A stretch of 64,000 nt of DNA. It comes from an uncultured Gammaproteobacteria bacterium. Its GTDB lineage: Bacteria; Patescibacteriota; Microgenomatia; Levybacterales; GWA1-39-11. The notes beneath the pieces are model-generated. The model did not search any database. It had not been told where the DNA came from and was given only the letters and a program-made list of their open reading frames with translations. Where the stretch lies: the NCBI GenBank assembly GCA_964425075.1, contig CAYRKM010000002.1, positions 162,898 through 226,897 on the forward strand. Direction: 5' to 3'. The position numbers were made by a program, and so were the translations under genes. How positions within the stretch are numbered: the first letter of the stretch is position 1; each line of letters opens with the position of its first letter. Shown piece by piece: positions 54,871 through 63,945 of this stretch.

Positions 54871-56211
54871 ATGTTAAGCTCTGATGATCCACAGCTTTAT
54901 TCTATTCTTAAAAAGGAAGATAAAAGACAACGAGATACCATTACACTAATCCCTTCAGAAAACTATGCTTCACTCACCGTTAGAAGCACACTTTCGTCCG
55001 TTTTAACCAACAAATATTCAGAAGGTTATGCGAAAAAACGGTACTATCAGGGAAATAAAAATGCAGACGACGCAGAACTTTTAGCAATTGAGAGGGCAAA
55101 AAAACTTTTCAGAGTAGCACACGTTAATGTTCAACCATACTCAGGCTCACCCGCAAATACTGCGGTTTATTTTGCGCTACTTAGACCCCTCGAGGACAAA
55201 ATAATGGGGCTTGCCCTTTCATCAGGCGGTCATTTAACCCATGGCTCACCAGTATCTTTTTCTGGAAAATATTTTAAAACCGTTTCTTTCCCAACAACCC
55301 GCGACGGACTCTTAGATTATGATGAAATTGAAAAGCTTGCAATTAAAGAGAAGCCTCAAATTATAGTATGCGGGTTTACGGCATATCCTCGAGTTATTGA
55401 TTTTAAAAGGTTCGGGGAAATTGCAGATAAAGTAAATGCATATTTGTTGGCCGACATCTCACATATTTCAGGGCTTATTGTTGGAGGTGCTCACCCTTCA
55501 CCATCTTTAGACGCTCATATTCTAATGACAACAACACATAAATCTTTGCGTGGACCCCGTGGCGCGATGTTAATGGTAACTGAAAAAGGCTTGAAAAAAG
55601 ATGCTGAACTTGCAGAAAAATTAGATAAAGCTGTTTTTCCTGGTCTTCAGGGGGGGCCACATGACAACCAAACCGCAGCAATTGCAGCAGCACTAAATGA
55701 AGCATTAAATCCCAAATTTAGAACCTACGCTCAGCAAATTGTAAAAAACTCAAAAGCTTTAGCTGCTACACTTACCTCTTTTGGATTTGAACTAACAACT
55801 GGTGGAACCGAAAATCATTTGATGGTTATAGATCTTACCAACAAAGGCGTAAATGGTGCCCTTGCTTCATATGCCCTAGAGCAAGCAGGAATAATAGTTA
55901 ACAAAAATACCATTCCTTATGACACAATGCCTCCATTTTATCCATCTGGAATAAGGATTGGAACGCCAGCTGCCACAACGCGAGGCATGAAAGAAAAAGA
56001 CATGCAAAAACTTGGAGAATGGATGCATCAAGTAATTGAAGAGGTAAAAAATTACAGTCTTCCAAAGGAAAAAACTGGATTCGGCAAGCTCACCACAAGC
56101 GAACGGCAACTATTCTTCAGAAAATTTAGAGATGAAGTCAAAAAGAATAAAAAGCTTCTTGCAATTGCAAAAGATGTTCAAAAATACATGAGAGAATTCC
56201 CTCTTCCATAA
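54871..56211 (+). CDS. glyA: Serine hydroxymethyltransferase
   Basis: LIPSENY, NKYSEGY, GGHLTHG, TTTHKSLRGPRG, SGIRIGT. Confidence 0.97.
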   Translation: MLSSDDPQLYSILKKEDKRQRDTITLIPSENYASLTVRSTLSSVLTNKYSEGYAKKRYYQGNKNADDAELLAIERAKKLFRVAHVNVQPYSGSPANTAVYFALLRPLEDKIMGLALSSGGHLTHGSPVSFSGKYFKTVSFPTTRDGLLDYDEIEKLAIKEKPQIIVCGFTAYPRVIDFKRFGEIADKVNAYLLADISHISGLIVGGAHPSPSLDAHILMTTTHKSLRGPRGAMLMVTEKGLKKDAELAEKLDKAVFPGLQGGPHDNQTAAIAAALNEALNPKFRTYAQQIVKNSKALAATLTSFGFELTTGGTENHLMVIDLTNKGVNGALASYALEQAGIIVNKNTIPYDTMPPFYPSGIRIGTPAATTRGMKEKDMQKLGEWMHQVIEEVKNYSLPKEKTGFGKLTTSERQLFFRKFRDEVKKNKKLLAIAKDVQKYMREFPLP

Positions 56212-56371
56212 AGGACTTTAAAAATCTTCTAAAAAATGCAATAATTGCACCATAATCCCTCAAATTTATTTTAAGCCGCGAAGAAGGTAATTGTATAAAG
56301 CGAAGTTATATTTTTTGCAAACCTATAATACTTAGGCTATAATGTGCCCTAACGTATAATTCTAATTACAT

Positions 56372-57217
56372 ATGGAAGGAACATCAACACATACACAACC
56401 GGAGCCTGATAATCATGTAGGGTCTCCAGACGGAAGTCCAACCCAGACTGGGGGGTTATCTTCTGCAGATCCAGTACTTGGAGAAAGAAGTGAATGGATA
56501 CCAGAGGAGGAAATCGCAACGCTTTTTCCATTAAGCGTGCCCCAACCTGAAGGTAGTTTTGACCCTGAGAAAGAAAAACAAAGACAAACAGTTACCGAGG
56601 TAAAAGAAATTGGGGTAAGAAATATCAGAATGCGCAGAGCTTTTGCAACTGTTTACTTAGATCAACTAAACCTTCCCTCAAATCGACCCCACTTTACAGA
56701 TATACCTACTAGCGTTAAAGACATGGAAAATAGACTTAGACAGAAAAACGCTCATGGGTTAGCAGTTTACAATGCACTTGGTGAGGTTGTCGGTTTTGCA
56801 GTAATTAGAGATCCAGAAACAGACCAAAATGACAGCTGGCTTGAAAAGATGGTTATTGTTGAAAATCTACAAAGTAAGGAAAAAGACCAAAAAGACTCGG
56901 CGCACGTTGGAACTCAAGCTCTAGACAGAATTGTTGAATGGGCTTTTTCAACTCCTACACATGATAAACGAGAAAGAACTAATCTTCATGCTGCTGTTGT
57001 TATGTTTGTAAAAGACTGGGAAAGAATGGACCATCTTTTAACTGGGCATGGCTTCGAGGCAAGGATGAGACTACACCATCAAGCAATTGTGACTCTAGAG
57101 GATGGCACCAAAGAAACAAAAGACGTCCAACGGTTTGAGCTATCTCGAAGAGCATGGGAAAGCAGACAGGCCCTACAAACTGAAATGGAAAGAGACGTTC
57201 CAAATATCATTACCTGA
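56372..57217 (+). CDS. GNAT-like acetyltransferase with long N-terminal extension
   Basis: GEVVGFA, MVIVENLQ...VGTQAL...VEWAF, GFE motif pattern. Confidence 0.55.
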   Translation: MEGTSTHTQPEPDNHVGSPDGSPTQTGGLSSADPVLGERSEWIPEEEIATLFPLSVPQPEGSFDPEKEKQRQTVTEVKEIGVRNIRMRRAFATVYLDQLNLPSNRPHFTDIPTSVKDMENRLRQKNAHGLAVYNALGEVVGFAVIRDPETDQNDSWLEKMVIVENLQSKEKDQKDSAHVGTQALDRIVEWAFSTPTHDKRERTNLHAAVVMFVKDWERMDHLLTGHGFEARMRLHHQAIVTLEDGTKETKDVQRFELSRRAWESRQALQTEMERDVPNIIT

Positions 57218-57280
57218 TTCTGCTTGATATTTGGAATTTTGAATGTTAAAGTTAGCTAGGTTTTTGAGAATATTTAAGAT

Positions 57281-58534
57281 ATGAAAGTTGCGGATGTCAT
57301 GTCAAAGCAGGTTGACCACGTTTCGCCAGAAACAAAAGTCAAAGAAGTTTGTAGACTCATTTTTGGTGCTGGTATAAATGGCGTTCCCGTTCAGGAAAAG
57401 AAAAAGGTTGTTGGATTTATAACCGAAAAAGATATTCTCGCACTCTTTTTTCCCACAATTTCCGACTATATTCAAGACCCCTTTCGAGCAAGTGATTTTG
57501 AGGCAATGGAATTGAATGTGAATGACATTCTTAACCTTCCAGTTAAAAGAGTCATGAGCAAAGAGCCTACAACTATTAATGCCGCAACTCCAGTTTTACG
57601 CGCCCAATCTTTAATGATGGTAAAAAAAGTTGGGAGACTTCCAGTTGTCGACGATGATAATAATATCGTTGGAATTATTTCTAGAGGCGATATTTTCAGG
57701 GCTGTTGTTGGAGACAAATTACCATTCACCTCAGAAGAAGAATATCATGATTGGCTTTCAAAGCATTACGACTTAGTGGTTGATTGGAATAGACGGCTTG
57801 GCAACGAAATACCTGATCTAAGAAAGTTATTTCATAAACACAATATTAAAAAGGTCTTAGATGTTGGATTTGGAACAGGCGAGCACGACATTGCGCTTGT
57901 AAAAAATGGGTTTAATGTTCTAGGAATTGAAGCAAGTCTGTTAATGACAAAAGCGGCTAATGCTAAGCGTGAAAAACTGCCAGAAGACCTAATTGATAAA
58001 ATCGAGTTTTTAAGAGGCAACTATCCAGAGCTCTTAGCTAATAAAAAAGGCCAATTTGATGCTGCTATATTTATGGGAAATGCTTTGGGACATACTGCCG
58101 AACAATATCAAAAAGTGATTGCATCAACTGCAAGTGCCCTAAAGGCTAAAAATTCAGTGATGGTTTTGCAATTGGTAAATTATCATAAAGTCTTTGCAGT
58201 ACATAACGGATTTGTAGGCATAAATTTCGCAGACGCAAAAAATGGGCCAGAGAAAAAATATGTTTTTATAGAATTTTATGATACTGGAGCAAAACCGGGT
58301 GATATTCTAACACTTAATATGGAAATTATAGATAATGATGGTAAAAAATGGAAACATCGATCGCTTAATTCTTCAAGAGTTACATATATTAACCAAGCAA
58401 TTATTACAAGGCTCCTAAAAAAGAACGGGTTTAATAAAATTTCAATTTATGGAAGCAGATATAAAGATCCTCTATTTGAGCAAAGCCTTGACGAACGTGA
58501 GCATGACTGGATTAACATAATTGCAACTCGATAG
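57281..58534 (+). CDS. CBS-pair + class I SAM methyltransferase fusion
   Basis: Two CBS domains (GVPV..VGFITEKD; LPVVD..GIISRGD); VLDVGFGTG, FDAAIFMGNALGH. Confidence 0.85.
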   Translation: MKVADVMSKQVDHVSPETKVKEVCRLIFGAGINGVPVQEKKKVVGFITEKDILALFFPTISDYIQDPFRASDFEAMELNVNDILNLPVKRVMSKEPTTINAATPVLRAQSLMMVKKVGRLPVVDDDNNIVGIISRGDIFRAVVGDKLPFTSEEEYHDWLSKHYDLVVDWNRRLGNEIPDLRKLFHKHNIKKVLDVGFGTGEHDIALVKNGFNVLGIEASLLMTKAANAKREKLPEDLIDKIEFLRGNYPELLANKKGQFDAAIFMGNALGHTAEQYQKVIASTASALKAKNSVMVLQLVNYHKVFAVHNGFVGINFADAKNGPEKKYVFIEFYDTGAKPGDILTLNMEIIDNDGKKWKHRSLNSSRVTYINQAIITRLLKKNGFNKISIYGSRYKDPLFEQSLDEREHDWINIIATR

Positions 58535-58612
58535 AAACTCTTTTTCTTTCCCCTTGACTCGAAGCGTAAATTTTTCTAGTATGGATATATACCGTTTGTG
58601 CGGCTATTGTTA

Positions 58613-59809
58613 ATGGATTCGATTAAGAAGCTTTATTCAACTCTATTTCAGCATTCTTTAAAAAGAACTATATATGTCATAGGTGGTCTTATCGTCGCCC
58701 TTTCCCTTCCTATTACTATTATCCTCACTCAACAACAGCAAGATCTTCGACAAAGAGCTACTTTTAATAACTATCCTTATACTGGCGGAGAAGGCGGAAT
58801 CACGGATAGGAGCTGTTTGTGGCAATCAGAAAGAGCAAATAGTTGTTCCTGCACTTCAAACAGCCAATGTTTAAGCAAAAATTGCACATTTAACAAATGC
58901 CAACCAAATCCTACAGCAACCCTAACACCTACGACTCCCCCTTCATCAACATTAACACCAACACCTACACGCACACCTACAAACAGCCCTAGCCCAACTG
59001 GAACAGCAAGTTGTAGTTCTTTCACCAACAAACCTGCTTCATGTACTTGTTATCTTGATTATCAATGTGCGTCAGGCAAATGTAATAAAACCAGTACTTA
59101 TTCAGGAACTTGTTCTGGACCAAGCATATCTCCCTCTCCCTCACCGTCTACGAGTTGTGGACTAACTAATCGCTCAGCAGGATGTGCTTGTGAGCAATCC
59201 ACACAATGCCAATCTGGGTTAACCTGCACCAACAATTCCTGTAGTGGTGCAAATCCTCTATCCCCAACACCCACGAATGGAGCAAATGAAACAAGAATAC
59301 TTTTGTCAGTATCCCTTCCTGGAATAAGCAACAGAACTGGAAGTGCTGCAGCTTCACCCAAAAGAATTGCTCGAGAAACCAAAGTAGAAATCTACAACTC
59401 CTCTAACCAGAAGGTAAGTGACAAAACCGGAAATCTTATCTATGACACAGCCTCAAAATTATACAAAGGCACAATAAGCTTAGGAGATGGATTTACGACT
59501 GGACAATATATTGTAAAAGTAAGAATGGATAATTCATTGTGGAGAAGAGTTCCGGGGATTGTTACAATTACTGCAAATACTGATAATAATCCAACACAAC
59601 AAATTCAACTTGTTACAGGTGACCTTGACCAAAACAACAGCTTAACAGTCATTGACTATACAAATTTCGTAAAGTGCTTTAAGGATGAATCAACCTGTAC
59701 TAGCGCGATGAAGATTCTAGCTGATTTGGATGATGATGGAACTGCCAAAGACGATTTGGATGACTTAACTATTTTACAAAAAGGATTTGCAGTAAGAGAC
59801 GGAGATTAG
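58613..59809 (+). CDS. Surface protein: TM-QQQQDLRQRA, Cys-rich repeats, beta domain, dockerin-like C-terminus
   Basis: Three C.C...QC.S..C....C repeats; GDLDQNNSLTVIDY...ADLDDDG...DDLDDL twin Ca-loop. Confidence 0.75.
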   Translation: MDSIKKLYSTLFQHSLKRTIYVIGGLIVALSLPITIILTQQQQDLRQRATFNNYPYTGGEGGITDRSCLWQSERANSCSCTSNSQCLSKNCTFNKCQPNPTATLTPTTPPSSTLTPTPTRTPTNSPSPTGTASCSSFTNKPASCTCYLDYQCASGKCNKTSTYSGTCSGPSISPSPSPSTSCGLTNRSAGCACEQSTQCQSGLTCTNNSCSGANPLSPTPTNGANETRILLSVSLPGISNRTGSAAASPKRIARETKVEIYNSSNQKVSDKTGNLIYDTASKLYKGTISLGDGFTTGQYIVKVRMDNSLWRRVPGIVTITANTDNNPTQQIQLVTGDLDQNNSLTVIDYTNFVKCFKDESTCTSAMKILADLDDDGTAKDDLDDLTILQKGFAVRDGD

Positions 59810-59884
59810 ACAAGAAACTATTATGGTTATAATAGAGAGATTGACAAGAAAAATAATATACTTAATACTTAATTCCTAACTTTT

Positions 59885-60523
59885 ATGAACCTGCCTAGAA
59901 AAACAACAATACTTATAATCATACTCGCGGTTGTTACAGCCCTCTTGATATTTCTTGCCGTAACTAGTGAAACTACTCAGCAGATGCTAATTACCGATGA
60001 GCCACAACCCACTATCCCCACAGAAACAGTTGTTGAACCCTACGCTACTTTTAGCTTTTCCTCCCCTATTATTGATATAGTAAACACTCCAAGCGCAACC
60101 CAGTCGGTAGATATTGTGCTTGATACTGCAGGAAAGGGAGTTTTTGGAGCTCAAGTTGAGCTTCAATACGACCCTGCTCTTTTATTTAATGTGTCAATTA
60201 AACAACCCGCTCAGAACGCTCTGTTTGGAAATAATACTTCAGTGCTAATTAATGAAGTAAATTCCTCCCAGGGAAGAATTTCGTATGCAATAGCACTTAA
60301 CCCAAATGAAGATGAAAAAATTGGACGAGGTACAATTGCAACACTTACCTTTACGCCAAATAGGAACAGTACTACTCCAAGTACAACCGTTTCATTTCTA
60401 CCAAAGTCAGCTGTAACAACGATTGCGGGCAGCGGATCCGTTTTGAAAAACTCTACCCCACTCACAGTTATACTATCTACTCCTATTTCTCCAACGCCCA
60501 CACTGCAGCCCCCAGGTTTGTAA
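59885..60523 (+). CDS. Membrane-anchored cohesin-like domain protein
   Basis: TM; VDIVLD...GAQVELQYDP..L...GRISY...G.GTIATLTF. Confidence 0.75.
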   Translation: MNLPRKTTILIIILAVVTALLIFLAVTSETTQQMLITDEPQPTIPTETVVEPYATFSFSSPIIDIVNTPSATQSVDIVLDTAGKGVFGAQVELQYDPALLFNVSIKQPAQNALFGNNTSVLINEVNSSQGRISYAIALNPNEDEKIGRGTIATLTFTPNRNSTTPSTTVSFLPKSAVTTIAGSGSVLKNSTPLTVILSTPISPTPTLQPPGL

Positions 60524-60583
60524 CTTGTTTGTTGACATTTGTGCTCATTTAAACCTAATATTAGAGAAAGGTTTAATTCTCTA

Positions 60584-62467
60584 ATGAAGAAATTATTAAG
60601 AAAAATTCATCGTTATTTCTCTAAATCCAGTCTCCGGGTTATTTCTCTTCTTGGCATTACTTTTGCACTGGTTGTAACAGCTACTCTTGCCCAACAGCAA
60701 CAAGATATACGACAACGCGCAGCAGGGGATCCTGGCGGCACAGGAGATACTAAAATAAACGGCTATTACGGAAACTCAAATAATCCCGCTGTATGTTCAC
60801 CAGAAAATGGAACATCACGTACATTTGTTCACCGTTATGCCGGGTCAACCTTCGGACCCAAACTTTTTGAATGCCCATTTCAGTCAGCATGCAAACAAAT
60901 AGACGCAGATACAATTCAATGCGCAGCAACCTACGGGACAGATATAAAGTGCGGCAATTCAGTTTGTGATGCCAGCAAGCAAACTTGTGTTCTAAATCAT
61001 TTTGATAATTCGGCGGTCTGCGTTACAAAAGGAAGCGGACCGGATGGCGCTGACTGTGATAACCCCAATGGAACTCCAAATTCTGAAGTATGCAAATCCG
61101 GTATGTGTGGGGCTGATTTGAAATGTGCTTCTTCTGCAGTGGTCACTCCATCACCTAGCTCGGGCGGTTCTAGTAGCTGTATACCAACAGGCACTGTTCC
61201 TTGTGGAAATGCTTGCCAATATTGTGATGCCGGTTGGACTTGCGGGACAGACAAACAGTGTTATCCTCCAAACACAGGCGGCAGCACAGGAGGAACAGCT
61301 ATATGTACCGGTAGTGATTTTGCCTGCAATGGAAAATGTTACAGCTGTTCAAATGGAGGAAAATGCACTAATAATAATGCTTTCTGTAATTGCCCTACGG
61401 GTTTTGTGGATGGTGGTAGTAATGTCTGTTGTCCAACAAATGCTCCTAAATATTGTTCTGATGGATATTGCAGGGCAGATTGTAACCCGCCTACAACCAC
61501 TCCTGACCCTCGACCTTCTACTTTTACACTCACAACCCCCAATATGGACTGCAACAGCGCTTATCTTTCATGGGGAACTTCCACAGGCGCAACTAGTTAC
61601 TCAATAGAAACCTATATAGACCCTTCCCAAGCACCAATTGCCTCACTTTCAAAAAGCAATTTACCGCTAAACCCAACGACTTATAAGGTGACAGGCCTTG
61701 CTCCAAGCACTATTTATTATTTCGGGATTGTTGCAAATGGAACAGGAACACTAAAAAGAACGCTTGTTGTAAATGGTATAACAACTGCAACTTGTCCGAC
61801 AGCAGGTGGAGGAACCACGTCTACCGCAAAAAAAACACCTACAGCCTCAACTAGTAACACTGTCACCACACCGGTTCCACCCAAAACCGCTTCTCCTACA
61901 ATTACTACCACTATTACATCCTCTCCTGCGATAACGGGTTCTAATTCCACCGCAAATATTTCCCTTATCCTCACTCTCCCTGGCATTGGTTCGTCTTCAG
62001 ACAGCAAGAATTCCAATCCAGCAAGAAGTACAAGAACCGTTAATGTTGGATTAGTAAATTCAAATGGCGCAATTACTTCGTCCCAAGGGGATGTGAGTTT
62101 TGATAGTTCTTCAAATTCTTTTAAAGGAACTGTCAATGTGCCAAATCTAGCTTCCGGTACGTACACTGTAAAGGTACGGCTTGATAATACATTGTGGAAA
62201 AATCTCAGCAGCTCTATAACAATTGTAAGCGGTTCAAATAACCCAACAACAAGCACTGTACGGTTGGTTTCAGGTGACCTTGACCAAAACAATAGCCTAA
62301 CTATTGCTGATTACACAAATTTTGTAAAATGTTATAAGTCCCTTGCAACATGCACTGATACACTTCATACATTGTCTGACCTTGATGACGATGGGGTTGT
62401 AAAAGACGACTTGGATGATTTAACAATTTTGCAACAAGGATTTAATACACAACAACAGGGAGACTAA
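60584..62467 (+). CDS. Surface protein: TM-QQQQDIRQRA, Cys-rich region, FN3, Thr-rich linker, dockerin-like C-terminus
   Basis: FN3 motifs LSW...Y.I...Y.VTGL.PST.Y.F; GDLDQNNSLTIADY...SDLDDDG...DDLDDL. Confidence 0.75.
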   Translation: MKKLLRKIHRYFSKSSLRVISLLGITFALVVTATLAQQQQDIRQRAAGDPGGTGDTKINGYYGNSNNPAVCSPENGTSRTFVHRYAGSTFGPKLFECPFQSACKQIDADTIQCAATYGTDIKCGNSVCDASKQTCVLNHFDNSAVCVTKGSGPDGADCDNPNGTPNSEVCKSGMCGADLKCASSAVVTPSPSSGGSSSCIPTGTVPCGNACQYCDAGWTCGTDKQCYPPNTGGSTGGTAICTGSDFACNGKCYSCSNGGKCTNNNAFCNCPTGFVDGGSNVCCPTNAPKYCSDGYCRADCNPPTTTPDPRPSTFTLTTPNMDCNSAYLSWGTSTGATSYSIETYIDPSQAPIASLSKSNLPLNPTTYKVTGLAPSTIYYFGIVANGTGTLKRTLVVNGITTATCPTAGGGTTSTAKKTPTASTSNTVTTPVPPKTASPTITTTITSSPAITGSNSTANISLILTLPGIGSSSDSKNSNPARSTRTVNVGLVNSNGAITSSQGDVSFDSSSNSFKGTVNVPNLASGTYTVKVRLDNTLWKNLSSSITIVSGSNNPTTSTVRLVSGDLDQNNSLTIADYTNFVKCYKSLATCTDTLHTLSDLDDDGVVKDDLDDLTILQQGFNTQQQGD

Positions 62468-62472
62468 AATAG

Positions 62473-62500
62473 TTAGTAGTTTGTAGAAGGTAGTTGGTAG
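62473..62500 (+). repeat. Solo NNNGTAG heptamer array
   Basis: TTAGTAG TTTGTAG AAGGTAG TTGGTAG. Confidence 0.8.
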
Positions 62501-62519
62501 AAAGAAATATGAACAAAAT

Positions 62520-63086
62520 ATGAATCAAAGAAAAATATTATTTCCAGCAATTATTATCGTTTTGGCCTTAATAACAGTGGCTCTTATAATCTCTGCTGTT
62601 ACTACGCCTACTAAGAATAAGGCAGGTCTCAATCCCACACCTGCTACAAAACCTTATGCCTCTCTTTCATTTTCACCTGAAAAACTTTCCCCTACAGATA
62701 CAGCTTCACAAACCGCAGACATTGTAATTGACACTAATGGTAAAGGTGTTTTTGGTGCGCAAATTGAACTTCAGTATGACCCCAACATTATTTCCAATCT
62801 CACCATAGATTTGCCTGAGAACTCTTTTTTTGGTAAAAGTAGTACTGAGCTTATAAAGCATGTCTCTCAAGAAGAAGGGCGCGCAACTTTTGCAGTTGGA
62901 GTTGGGCCAAATGACGAAGAAAAAAAAGGACGAGGAACAATTGCAACTATAAAGTTTCAAATAAACCCCTCCTCTGAGAATAAAACTGAGATTACCATTC
63001 TACCGATTTCCTCAATAAATAACTTGGTAGATGAGGGCTCAGTCTTGCTTAATTCAACCACCCTACCAATAACATTTGCTCGCTAG
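62520..63086 (+). CDS. Membrane-anchored cohesin-like domain protein (paralog of 59885-60523)
   Basis: ADIVIDTNGKGVFGAQIELQYDP...GRGTIATIKF. Confidence 0.75.
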   Translation: MNQRKILFPAIIIVLALITVALIISAVTTPTKNKAGLNPTPATKPYASLSFSPEKLSPTDTASQTADIVIDTNGKGVFGAQIELQYDPNIISNLTIDLPENSFFGKSSTELIKHVSQEEGRATFAVGVGPNDEEKKGRGTIATIKFQINPSSENKTEITILPISSINNLVDEGSVLLNSTTLPITFAR

Positions 63087-63125
63087 CTATTGATTTTTTC
63101 ATCATTCCTCGCTCATAATGATTAC

Positions 63126-63476
63126 ATGGCTGACCTACCTTCTTCTTCCTTCCAAGGACCACTTGCTCCCAAAATGGGCCTAGGTGATTCCTTTAAGAGT
63201 CCACTCCATGAAAATCAACAGAACTCACCGCCTCCAAAATCCAGTGGAAGAAATCTGGGACGACTCATACCATATGGGGCAATTGCTGTAGCGCTTCTCG
63301 TCCTTCCTTTAACCATAAGTCAATTAAATCAGCAGCAAGATATACGACAACGGGCATCAGAGCCTATTCCAACTATTATTCTTCCTACGGAAACCCCACC
63401 AAGTACTCCTTCACCTACTGAAGAGGTTGCAAGCCCCTCAGCCACACCTGAGGAGCCAGCAGCAGATATTTTTTAG
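63126..63476 (+). CDS. Small TM protein with NQQQDIRQRA motif and Pro/Thr tail
   Basis: TM helix followed by QQQDIRQRA, no folded passenger. Confidence 0.65.
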   Translation: MADLPSSSFQGPLAPKMGLGDSFKSPLHENQQNSPPPKSSGRNLGRLIPYGAIAVALLVLPLTISQLNQQQDIRQRASEPIPTIILPTETPPSTPSPTEEVASPSATPEEPAADIF

Positions 63477-63785
63477 TTTTTTGAGGGTTAAATAATTTTT
63501 CTCCTAGATTTTAATTTGCTCCTTCTATATGACCTCATACCCTCCTCAAAAAAGTACTTGCCCAAAATTTCAGCCGGCGGCTTAAGGATTGCAAAAGTTA
63601 CTTTTGTGCCGGTTTTAATTTCCCTTATTGCAGGCTTTTGTAATCGTTCCATAGAAAAATTCTAATTTTTAGAACAGACTCTAGCTTGAGAAAAATATAA
63701 CAACATCCTAACAGTTTTTTATTTAATGCCTTTATTGGCTAATATTTATAGCTTTTTACCTCAAATTTTGATAAACTCTACAGGT

Positions 63786-63855
63786 AAATGGCGCGGTGGC
63801 GAAGTGAGTTCGACACTCCGCCGAAGCACAAAACAAATGGCGCGGTGGCGAAGTG
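63786..63855 (+). repeat. 21-bp direct repeat duplicating the tRNA-Cys 5' end
   Basis: AAATGGCGCGGTGGCGAAGTG at 63786-63806 and 63835-63855. Confidence 0.9.
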
Positions 63856-63910
63856 GTAACGCGGGGGTCTGCAAAACCTCTATGCGAGGGTTCGATTCCC
63901 TTCCGCGCCT
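63839..63910 (+). tRNA. tRNA-Cys (GCA)
   Basis: Acceptor GGCGCGG/CCGCGCC, U discriminator, D arm GCG/CGC, anticodon loop CTGCAAA, T arm GAGGG-TTCGATT-CCCTT; CCA not encoded. Confidence 0.95.
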
Positions 63911-63945
63911 CACAGTTTTACTCCTGCAATCAAACTATCAAAAGT

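Noticed and set aside
63488-63652. 54-codon minus-strand ORF (MERLQKPAIRE...)
   Set aside because: Short, with no recognisable motif; cannot be supported without homologs.
63786-63855. CRISPR mini-array (21-bp repeat, 28-bp spacer)
   Set aside because: Only two copies, the second is the tRNA itself, and no cas genes are in the window.
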